From contig JBHCAK010000013.1 of the NCBI GenBank assembly GCA_041798205.1, forward strand, positions 13,647 through 77,646: a stretch of DNA of 64,000 nucleotides, given 5' to 3'. Shown piece by piece: positions 9,335 to 17,748 of this stretch. Origin of the DNA: Sediminibacterium sp. (GTDB taxonomy: Bacteria > Bacteroidota > Bacteroidia > Chitinophagales > Chitinophagaceae). The notes under the pieces were generated by a model. It had not been told where the DNA came from, ran no database searches, and saw only the letters and a list, made by a program, of their open reading frames with translations. Position numbers and translations under genes: made by a program. Numbering within the stretch: position 1 is the first letter of the stretch; each line of letters begins with the position of its first letter.

Positions 9335-9829
9335 ATGAAAAAGATTAACTTAATGAGCGGCTTTATGATGCTCGCCGTGGTTGCTACGCTCTTCGTAGCC
9401 TGCCAAAAAGAGCAGAATGGCGTTTCTCCTCAGAATGGAACTGCTGCAGTTAAAGCAAATGAATCAGTTTCCGGCGTTGCTGTAAACGGTTCGGGTGTTG
9501 ACGGTTTCATTACTGGAGATGCTGCTACGCAAATGCACAATGCTTATGTGCAGGCAAACCCTAACGGTACACAGTATGTTGTTTTCAAGATCAAGGACCT
9601 GGAAGGATTCCTGCAGATATTGAAAAGCAAATTAAAATCTGACAACGTATATGTAAATTTTGGGGTATACACTGCTCAGACAGCTAATAATCCTGCCAAT
9701 ATTGGCAAGACGACTGTTTATTTTTCTGGTGATGACAACAGGGTGAAAAATGGTTCAGTACAAAGCAATGAGGTTGCACCAACAGCTACATCAACAGATT
9801 ATTTAAACCACGGAGGTATTTGGCCGTAA
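9335..9829 (+). CDS. small uncharacterised lipoprotein with C-terminal NHGGIWP
   Basis: Lipobox FVAC (Cys23) followed by QKEQ, a low-complexity linker and a compact domain; stop is 3 nt before the next ATG. Confidence 0.85.
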   Translation: MKKINLMSGFMMLAVVATLFVACQKEQNGVSPQNGTAAVKANESVSGVAVNGSGVDGFITGDAATQMHNAYVQANPNGTQYVVFKIKDLEGFLQILKSKLKSDNVYVNFGVYTAQTANNPANIGKTTVYFSGDDNRVKNGSVQSNEVAPTATSTDYLNHGGIWP

Positions 9830-9832
9830 TTC

Positions 9833-10495
9833 ATGGAAGCTACTATCTATTTGTATTTCCAAATAATTAGCCTCACTTTAGCGATCTTTTTTTATACAAA
9901 AACCCGGGATAAAATGCTTAAATATTTTATCCCGTTTTTGTTATTAACTGTAATCGTTGAATTGCTGGGTATTTGGTTTAGTTATAAGAGTATCAAGAAT
10001 TATTGGCTGTACAATATTTTTACATCCATTGAATTCATCTTTTATTCTTTCCTTTTCTATCTTCATTTCAGACGACCTGTCTTTAGGAAAATAGCATTGG
10101 GCTTTATTCCATTTCTTATTCTTTGTGATGTAATAAATCTTGCTTTTATACAGGGTACAAGGTATTTTCATACCTATACATTTTTGCTTGGCTCTTTTTT
10201 TATTGTCGTGTTCTGTTGTTTTTTCCTGTATGAATCCATCCTGCCAGAGCACATCAATCAGCACCTTTCCAAACAACCTTTCTTCTGGATCTGTATCGGG
10301 CTGCTCATTTTTTACCTGGGATCGGTTATTATCAATGCCTTATTTGAATATCTTCGAACGAACGATTTGCAGCAGGAAGGGAAGAAGATTTATGGCATTA
10401 TTAACCATACTTTAAATGTACTTTTGTACAGTTCATTCAGCGTCTCATTTTTTCTATGCCGAAACAACAGGAAGACATACTCATCACCATCGTAA
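9833..10495 (+). CDS. stand-alone polytopic membrane protein (~7 TM)
   Basis: About seven hydrophobic segments, NYWLYN and PFFWICIGLLIFY motifs, no cytoplasmic signalling domain; overlaps the kinase start by 40 nt. Confidence 0.8.
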   Translation: MEATIYLYFQIISLTLAIFFYTKTRDKMLKYFIPFLLLTVIVELLGIWFSYKSIKNYWLYNIFTSIEFIFYSFLFYLHFRRPVFRKIALGFIPFLILCDVINLAFIQGTRYFHTYTFLLGSFFIVVFCCFFLYESILPEHINQHLSKQPFFWICIGLLIFYLGSVIINALFEYLRTNDLQQEGKKIYGIINHTLNVLLYSSFSVSFFLCRNNRKTYSSPS

Positions 10496-11241
10496 TTGCT
10501 TCTGTATTCCTTGTACTGATTGGTTTCTTCCTTTTGCTCATTGTTTTTATCTTTCTGCGTCGTCAGCGGAAATTTCAACAGGAAAGAGATGAAATGAAAA
10601 ACCGTTTCGATCAAACGATCCTGAAAACCCAACTTGAGATACAGGAACAAACTTTCGGTCATATCAGTCAGGAAATACATGATAACATCGGACAGGTCTT
10701 AAGCCTGGTAAGGCTGAACCTTAGTACTTTCATGGATGGCGTTTCAGAAGATAAGTTTGAGCATACCGACCAGCTCCTGGGGAAAGCCATCAAAGACCTC
10801 CGGGACCTCAGCCATAACCTCCAGTCCAACCGTATCACCGACATTGGAATATTAGAATCAATTCGCCAATTAATGGCTACCTTGCAGAAGACGGGACGTT
10901 ATACTACCAGCCTGGAAATTGCGGATAGCTTCGCAGGGGTGAATAAAGATACAGACCTGATCCTCTTCAGGATGATACAGGAGATCATCAATAATATCAT
11001 CAAACATGCTTCTGCTACGGCCATTGATATAAAAATCGACGGCGACCCAACCAATACCCGGATAGTGATCACAGATAACGGGATTGGATTCGATACGGAA
11101 AAATTGAGAAAAACCGGGCATGGAATCGGTTTACAGAATATTTTTAACAGGGCAAAAATGATTCATGCAACTGTTGATATCAAAAGCACCCCCGGAAGCG
11201 GCACAGCTATTACCTTACAGATTAAACCCAACAGGCCTTAA
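10456..11241 (+). CDS. sensor histidine kinase (HisKA_3/NarX type) with a single TM and no sensor domain
   Basis: H-box ISQEIHDNIGQ, N-box QEIINNIIKHA, DNGIGF, GIGLQNI. Confidence 0.93.
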   Translation: MPKQQEDILITIVIASVFLVLIGFFLLLIVFIFLRRQRKFQQERDEMKNRFDQTILKTQLEIQEQTFGHISQEIHDNIGQVLSLVRLNLSTFMDGVSEDKFEHTDQLLGKAIKDLRDLSHNLQSNRITDIGILESIRQLMATLQKTGRYTTSLEIADSFAGVNKDTDLILFRMIQEIINNIIKHASATAIDIKIDGDPTNTRIVITDNGIGFDTEKLRKTGHGIGLQNIFNRAKMIHATVDIKSTPGSGTAITLQIKPNRP

Positions 11242-11243
11242 CT

Positions 11244-11891
11244 ATGACCCGAGTTGCTTTAGTAGATGACCATGAATTACTCCGATCAGGACTTGCTGCC
11301 ATCATCAATTCCTTTGATGGCTATAACGTTATTATGCAGGCAGGGAATGGTAGGGAGTTCATTGACCAGCTAGGCCAGGACAGTCCTCCTGACATTGTAC
11401 TGCTCGATATTACCATGCCCGTGATGGACGGCTTTGAAACAGCCGAATGGATCAAAAAAAACCTGCTTACCACCAGGGTACTTGTGCTGAGCATGCTGGA
11501 GAACGATATTGCTATTATACGCATGATGAAAAACGGTGCAAGGGGTTATTTGCTGAAAGACAGCAAGCCCAAAATATTCAAACAGGCGCTCGACAACATC
11601 CGCGATACCGGCTATTTTATCAATGAACTGATCAGCGATAAGCTTATGAACTATATCAGTAATGGCAATACTTTTGCCGTTAATGCCCCTTTCGGCTCTC
11701 TGTCAGACAACGAAGTGCATTTCCTGCGTCTTATCTGTTCAGATAAAACCTACAAAGAGATTGCGGAAGAAATGTGTGTAAGCCCCAGAACAGTAGATAG
11801 TTACCGCGATAACCTCTTCAAAAAACTGGATATTAAAACAAGGGTTGGACTGGCCATCTTTGCCATGAAACACAACCTGGTTGAAATGTAG
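11244..11891 (+). CDS. NarL/LuxR-family response regulator
   Basis: REC domain (LVDDH, LLDITMP) plus LuxR HTH (TYKEIAEEMCVSPRTVDSYRDNLFKKL). Confidence 0.95.
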   Translation: MTRVALVDDHELLRSGLAAIINSFDGYNVIMQAGNGREFIDQLGQDSPPDIVLLDITMPVMDGFETAEWIKKNLLTTRVLVLSMLENDIAIIRMMKNGARGYLLKDSKPKIFKQALDNIRDTGYFINELISDKLMNYISNGNTFAVNAPFGSLSDNEVHFLRLICSDKTYKEIAEEMCVSPRTVDSYRDNLFKKLDIKTRVGLAIFAMKHNLVEM

Positions 11892-11906
11892 TCAACATGG
11901 CAAAAT

Positions 11907-12167
11907 TTACGTGAGGCTTTCATCATCCCATTGCTTCTCTATGAAAGCGACGCAAAAATTCCCTTCACTTTCATAGTAATATGATTTTCGGGACCTTTCA
12001 TAACGAATAGGTGCACCGAACTCCCGCATAATAGCCAGGTATTCGAAAAGCGTGGTTTCCGACATCCCCATTTTTGCTGCAAAAACAGCAGGATTACCCG
12101 TTGCCTTTAACCTGATCATAAAATCGATCCGTTTCAGTTTATGAATAAACATACGTCCCATTCCCAT
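11907..12167 (-). CDS. small winged-HTH protein (HTH_11-like, no WYL domain); start probably near 12167 rather than 12218
   Basis: KRIDFMIRLKATGNPAVFAAKMGMSETTLFEYLAIMREFGAPIRY...SYYY pattern. Confidence 0.7.
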   Translation of the reverse strand: MGMGRMFIHKLKRIDFMIRLKATGNPAVFAAKMGMSETTLFEYLAIMREFGAPIRYERSRKSYYYESEGNFCVAFIEKQWDDESLT

Positions 12168-12275
12168 AACACGACATTTTTGTAAAGTCCAAATTAACAG
12201 GTTCCGGCTTTCCCGCAAACAGGTATAAATACCCCTTTTTTACATGCATCCGTATGAATTCAGTTAACTTAGCCT

Positions 12276-14573
12276 ATGCGTCTCTCCACCATTATCCTCT
12301 GCCTGTGCTTATCCATCATTCATCTGTCTGAAGCCCAGCCCCCACCCATTGGTTATTGGAGGGAACACCTTAACTACCGTTCTACCATCCAGGTATTAAA
12401 AGCCGACCAGCTCTACTGTGCCACTGCCACCAACTTGTTCGTTATAGATGCGAATGATGAAATGAACCGCTATAGCAAGATAAACGGCCTCAACGATATT
12501 GGCGTTCGCTGCATCGGTTGGGATGGAGCATCAGCTCAACTGGTTATCGCATACAACAATAGTAACCTGGATATTTTCAAACAGGGCTCAATAAAGAATA
12601 TCGGCGATATCAAACGCAGTACCATCACTGGTGACAAAACCATCAATCATATTTTCTGCAGGAATGGCTTTGCTTATTTATCCAGCAACCTGGGTATTGT
12701 TGTTGCTGACCTGAACAAGTACGAGATCAAAGACACCTGGTTCATTGGCGCTAGCGGTGCACAAGTGAAAGTAAACGCTGTTGCAGCCGACGCTTCGTTT
12801 ATTTACGCAGCCACAACAGAAGGGTTGAAAAAAGCGCCGCACAATACAGATCCATCAGATTACCATAACTGGATAACCCTCGGCAGCAGCAATGGCTTAC
12901 CCGGCGGAGCGTTTTCCAGTGTAGCAGTGATCAATAACCAGGTGATCACCCAACAAAAAGATTCTCTTTTCCAGTCCGCAGGTAATAGCTGGAACCTGCT
13001 CTATACCGATCCATCCTGGAACATTCTTTCCATCACAGCTTCAGAAAACAAGCTGATGGTTTGTCAGCAAAACAATGCAGGCATAGGGCGCGTGATTCAA
13101 CTATCAGCTGCCGGCAGTATAGAAAAAATCATTTCTGACCCTGCTTTACTCGTCAGGCCTTTATCAGCTATTGCTGATAGCGATAAATGCTGGATTGCAG
13201 ACAGCCTCCACGGACTCAGCAAGTTTTCTGCAACAGGGGTTACCCAATTCGTTCCTAATGGTCCCCCAGGTATTGCCAGTGGTGAAATGTCCAGCAATGG
13301 CCGGCAATTTTTTGCAGCTGCCGGGAGCATCAATGATGCTTGGCAATACCAGCGCAACCACAGCGGGGTTTTCCGGTTTTCAAATAATGAATGGAGTTTT
13401 TATAGGTTCGATAATACTCCCGCGCTAAGCAATATTTTCGACTTCATTACCGTCGCCATTGATCCTGTTGATCAAACAGCCTGGGCCGGTAGTTTTGGTG
13501 GAGGTCTCGTGCATTTTAAAAATGGGTTTTCAGCTGTTTACCAGGGCAGCAATAGTGCTTTGCAGCCCGCTTTAACAGATCCGAGGAGCTATAGGGTAGG
13601 CGGACTGGCTTTTGACCAACACAATAATCTCTGGATGAGTAATTATGGAGCGGCAAAGGAATTAGTGGTCCGCAAAGCAGATAGTTCATGGAAGGCTTTC
13701 ATCGTTCCATTCCTGCATGCAGAAAATGCTGCGGGACAGTTGTTGATTGATGATGCTGACCAGGTATGGATCATCAGTCCGAAAGGCAACGGTATTTTCT
13801 GTTACAATCATGGCCCTTCCATTGATAATACCAGCGACGATCAATGGAAATTCTACCAGCAGGGCAAGGGTAAAGGAAACTTACCCAGTAACACGGTATT
13901 GTGTATGGTAAAAGACAGGAATGGATTCATCTGGATAGGAACCGACAAAGGTATCGGCATTATACAATGCGCTGGCAATGTATTTGGATCGCAGGGATGT
14001 GATGCCTTATTGCCCGTTGTACAGCAGGATCGCTATGCCGGACTATTGTTCCGCAACGAAATAGTACAATGCATGGTAGTAGATGGTGCAAACCGGAAAT
14101 GGGTTGGAACCAAAAACGGACTTTGGCTGCTTTCACAGGATGGTACTTCCGTTGTTTACAGGTTTAACAGCGATAACAGTCCGCTTTTGAACAACGACAT
14201 CAAAAAATTGACCATTGATCCACTCACAGGCGAAGTGTTCATCGCCACTGCCGCCGGCCTCTGTAGTTTCAGAAGTACAGCTACTGAAGGGACTTCTATT
14301 AACCAGGATGTACTCGTATTCCCCAACCCTGTACCACCAGGCTATCATGGAACCATTGCCATCAGGGGCCTTGCCAATAATTCCCTCGTAAAAATTGCCG
14401 AATTGAATGGAAGGCTGGTCTACCAAACGCGTGCGTTGGGAGGCCAGGCCATTTGGGATGGACGTACTTACCTGGGCAACAGGGTAGCAAGTGGTATTTA
14501 CCTGGTCATTGTACGCAATGACACAGGCGATGAAAAGATCGTCACTAAAATTGCCATCACATCAGGTCGTTGA
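12276..14573 (+). CDS. porZ: PorZ-like T9SS component (beta-propellers plus T9SS C-terminal sorting domain)
   Basis: Signal peptide; WREHL start; repeated propeller blades (NNLW, DQVW, GFIWIGT, NRKWVGT); CTD VFPNPV...GIYLVIV. Confidence 0.8.
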   Translation: MRLSTIILCLCLSIIHLSEAQPPPIGYWREHLNYRSTIQVLKADQLYCATATNLFVIDANDEMNRYSKINGLNDIGVRCIGWDGASAQLVIAYNNSNLDIFKQGSIKNIGDIKRSTITGDKTINHIFCRNGFAYLSSNLGIVVADLNKYEIKDTWFIGASGAQVKVNAVAADASFIYAATTEGLKKAPHNTDPSDYHNWITLGSSNGLPGGAFSSVAVINNQVITQQKDSLFQSAGNSWNLLYTDPSWNILSITASENKLMVCQQNNAGIGRVIQLSAAGSIEKIISDPALLVRPLSAIADSDKCWIADSLHGLSKFSATGVTQFVPNGPPGIASGEMSSNGRQFFAAAGSINDAWQYQRNHSGVFRFSNNEWSFYRFDNTPALSNIFDFITVAIDPVDQTAWAGSFGGGLVHFKNGFSAVYQGSNSALQPALTDPRSYRVGGLAFDQHNNLWMSNYGAAKELVVRKADSSWKAFIVPFLHAENAAGQLLIDDADQVWIISPKGNGIFCYNHGPSIDNTSDDQWKFYQQGKGKGNLPSNTVLCMVKDRNGFIWIGTDKGIGIIQCAGNVFGSQGCDALLPVVQQDRYAGLLFRNEIVQCMVVDGANRKWVGTKNGLWLLSQDGTSVVYRFNSDNSPLLNNDIKKLTIDPLTGEVFIATAAGLCSFRSTATEGTSINQDVLVFPNPVPPGYHGTIAIRGLANNSLVKIAELNGRLVYQTRALGGQAIWDGRTYLGNRVASGIYLVIVRNDTGDEKIVTKIAITSGR

Positions 14574-14577
14574 AAAA

Positions 14578-17016
14578 TCAATCCCTGTCGGGCATTTTCG
14601 TTTGTTTGTAAAATGCTGCCCTGCGCGGGGCAGGGAAAGGGACATGGTCTCCCTTCAAGCCATGCCAGAGCACTTTATTGAATTCAAGATCTGGCACCGC
14701 ATCTTCCTTTGCCAGGTCAAACTTCTCCGACCTTCTTTGCCATTCGTTCATGGCCGTATTTTTTTCGTTGAAGTCGACATTGGATGGTCTTGCTGTAAAT
14801 CCTCTGGTATCGGGCGTTGCCGAAAAAGAACGCCACATGGGTGTAGCTGCTGCATCATACTGACTCATCGGCGGAATCCCCAGGATCAGTTCTATGGTAC
14901 GAAGCATGGAAGAAGTAGAATACATGGTATGGTCTACAAAATTCCGTTTCACATAACCCCCTGCTACATAGGCGGTACTCCTGTGTGCATCTACATGATC
15001 TGCACCGTTCTGTGCATCATCTTCCAGGATGAATACGGCTGTCTCCTTCCAGATAGGGCTCTTGCTCAGGTATTCAATGAACATACCTACCGCCAGGTCG
15101 TTATCGGCCACATGGGCGTATGGGGTAGGCCTTCCTTTACGCATGCCTTCGGTATGATCGTTTGTAAAACGCAGACTGTTGAAACTGGGTACCTGGTTGA
15201 TCGCCAGCAAAGAGTCGAAATCGCGCTTCCACTGCTGAAAACGGGTAGTATCTCTTACAGTACCGTCGAAGCTGGTGTAATAGGGACAGAAATGTCCCTT
15301 CAATACCGGTATATTGGGTTTGTAATTATCGGCAAATTCACCATAGGTACGGTAACTGACCCCTGCTTTCTTGCAATGGTCCCAGATAAATCCGCCCTTA
15401 TTATTGGCAATAGGCCGGTTGCCTTCCGAATCATAACTGCCTCCACGTCCGCCATAACCTGCTACCCATGTTTTCTCCAGATAATCCGTTGCATAGGCAC
15501 CGGTACTCCAGTTATGTCCGTCGGCACTCACTTCCCCGTCCACATAAAAATTATCGAGCAAAACAAATTCTTTTGCCAGCGCATGTTGGTTAGGTGTGAT
15601 GTGTTCGTCAAACAATACCAGTGAAGGATCTCCATTGCCTTCTTTGATATCACCCAGTACCTGATCGTAGGTCCTGTTCTCCTTGATCATATAAAATACA
15701 TATTTGATCGGGCTCTTATCCCTTACCTTTTGTGGAATGGGATTGCCCTCTTCACCCTGTGTGATCATTTCCTTTTCCTTGCTGTAAGGTGTATTACTAT
15801 ATACCTGCCTTGACCATGCAGCCAATGTTTGCGTTTTTGGCTCATCAATAATACTCATGGCCCCCTTGAACAGGGCTGCTATGTATTGTACTTCTTTGGG
15901 TTTATTCGGATCGCCCTGCTGGTACACCACTTCTTCTTTGGCACGCCTGTTTCCAAACGGATTGGGCCCATTCGGATTGGCCATAGACGAGAACCCTTTT
16001 CCATTGGCCACAAATATCTTTTTACCGATCACTTTTACGTTGGTAGGATACCATCCTACCGGAATAAAACCCTTGCTTTTGCTGGCCCCAGGCTCGCTCA
16101 CATCGAATACCGAAAGGCAGTTATTATCGGCATTGGCAATATAAAGGGTTTTTTCATCACTGCTCAACGCCAGTCCATTGGTTGTAGATCCACTGGGTGC
16201 ATCGGAGTACAAGGCTGCATTCAGACTTTCAATAATCTTCTTTTCCGCCAGGCTTACTACAGAAACCGCATTGTCGTTCGCATTGGCTACAAACAGGTAT
16301 TTGCCATTATTAGTCAACACCATTTCATTGGGGTTATCTCCAACCGGTATTTCTGTTTTAATATTCCTGCTTTCCGTATCAAAAACATATACCTTATCGC
16401 AGCCCCAGCAACTGATGTACAACTCTTTTGCATCGGGCGATAACAGGCAGGTATAAGCTTCTCCACCAAGGGCAAAGGGTTCGGATGCTTTTTTTGTTTT
16501 GAGGTCAATGATGTACAGAGCATTGTTTTCTTTTGTCACCACATACATCAATTGTTTTTTGTTGTCTATTTCAATACCTGCCGGTGAAATTTTATTGGGC
16601 CATTTTTTTCCCAGCACGATTGTATCCTTGAGTATCAGTTTTGTATTTTCAATAGCATATTCCACAATCCAGTTGTCGTTTCCACCGGATGCATACAATT
16701 TCTTTTCATCATGACTGAATTTCAGGCCATACCAGCTTTTGGCTATTACAATATTGTCCAGCACTGTTTCAGTGGATGGGTTGATCAGCTGGATGCTTTG
16801 TGTTCCCTGTCCGTTATTGGTTACAGCCATCAGTTTTTTAGACCTGCTTACTGCTATATTCAATGGCAGATCACCCAATGGCAAACTGCGTCCTACAGGT
16901 GATAAGGTCCATCCGTTGGGAAGCATCACTGTTTTCACCCCCTGTTCAGGAGTTGTTTGAGCCGTAGCGGCTATCGCAAACAGAGAAACTATTGAATATA
17001 ATAACGTCTTTTTCAT
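14578..17016 (-). CDS. YncE-type beta-propeller / alkaline-phosphatase-superfamily (phosphoesterase) fusion
   Basis: Signal MKKTLLYSIVSLFAIAATAQ (start 17016); YVTN-like repeats; KENRTYD, DNFYVDG, NDHT and EDDAQNGADHVDAHRS motifs. Confidence 0.85.
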   Translation of the reverse strand: MKKTLLYSIVSLFAIAATAQTTPEQGVKTVMLPNGWTLSPVGRSLPLGDLPLNIAVSRSKKLMAVTNNGQGTQSIQLINPSTETVLDNIVIAKSWYGLKFSHDEKKLYASGGNDNWIVEYAIENTKLILKDTIVLGKKWPNKISPAGIEIDNKKQLMYVVTKENNALYIIDLKTKKASEPFALGGEAYTCLLSPDAKELYISCWGCDKVYVFDTESRNIKTEIPVGDNPNEMVLTNNGKYLFVANANDNAVSVVSLAEKKIIESLNAALYSDAPSGSTTNGLALSSDEKTLYIANADNNCLSVFDVSEPGASKSKGFIPVGWYPTNVKVIGKKIFVANGKGFSSMANPNGPNPFGNRRAKEEVVYQQGDPNKPKEVQYIAALFKGAMSIIDEPKTQTLAAWSRQVYSNTPYSKEKEMITQGEEGNPIPQKVRDKSPIKYVFYMIKENRTYDQVLGDIKEGNGDPSLVLFDEHITPNQHALAKEFVLLDNFYVDGEVSADGHNWSTGAYATDYLEKTWVAGYGGRGGSYDSEGNRPIANNKGGFIWDHCKKAGVSYRTYGEFADNYKPNIPVLKGHFCPYYTSFDGTVRDTTRFQQWKRDFDSLLAINQVPSFNSLRFTNDHTEGMRKGRPTPYAHVADNDLAVGMFIEYLSKSPIWKETAVFILEDDAQNGADHVDAHRSTAYVAGGYVKRNFVDHTMYSTSSMLRTIELILGIPPMSQYDAAATPMWRSFSATPDTRGFTARPSNVDFNEKNTAMNEWQRRSEKFDLAKEDAVPDLEFNKVLWHGLKGDHVPFPAPRRAAFYKQTKMPDRD

Positions 17017-17112
17017 GTGTTGCAGTTTAGGGAATGGTAAAAGTACAAACACGGCTGTAACCACTCCGGTTATATCGGCGAATTAATGCTTTGGTAATAT
17101 AAAAAATCCGGG

Positions 17113-17691
17113 TTATTGCTTGGCGTATTCGTAAAACCGAACCACTTTGAAGCGAAGCATTTTTTTTTCGCCGGGTATTACCCGGTATTGCACCTGCCGC
17201 ATCTTTCCGGTAGGCCTGGCATTGAGGCTATCAGAGGTATAAAGGGGGTAGCGGCGCATGAGCATGCCTTCCATCAAATTAAAATCGTCAAACCCCTTGT
17301 AACCCTCTCTCAATTTCTGATCATCCAGTATATCGGGGAAAATGATCGGGTTTACCGTCCGGTTTTTATCGGAACTGATACCTATTACTGTTCCTTTTTG
17401 CAAAGAATCTCCTGAATAAACATACAGGACCAGATCGGGGTACCCATCGTTGTTAAGATCATCGATCTCTGCTTTCCGCAGTCTGCCTTTGACTTCAATG
17501 CTGAATTCCCGCATCTGGTTTTCAAATCCAATCGGGTTGATGGTGGCATCATTTCTTCCGGGGTTCCTGTTGGCGCAGGTAATCCTGTAACCTACTTTGC
17601 CAATTTTTACTGTAGTATCCATTCGCCTGGCCTGGCCCTGTACCAGCAACACACCAATGCAACAGCATAATAATAGAAGAAAGCGTTTCAT
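17113..17691 (-). CDS. PliI-like secreted lysozyme-inhibitor family protein
   Basis: Signal peptide MKRFLLLLCCC; AEIDDLNNDGYPDLVLYVYSGDS, GYKGFDDF and RRYPLY...TGKMRQVQY resemble PliI-annotated proteins as I remember them. Confidence 0.55.
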   Translation of the reverse strand: MKRFLLLLCCCIGVLLVQGQARRMDTTVKIGKVGYRITCANRNPGRNDATINPIGFENQMREFSIEVKGRLRKAEIDDLNNDGYPDLVLYVYSGDSLQKGTVIGISSDKNRTVNPIIFPDILDDQKLREGYKGFDDFNLMEGMLMRRYPLYTSDSLNARPTGKMRQVQYRVIPGEKKMLRFKVVRFYEYAKQ

Positions 17692-17748
17692 GAATATCCC
17701 CGGTTTAATCAAGGGCGTCAAGGTATAAAATATTCTTCATACCCTCAT

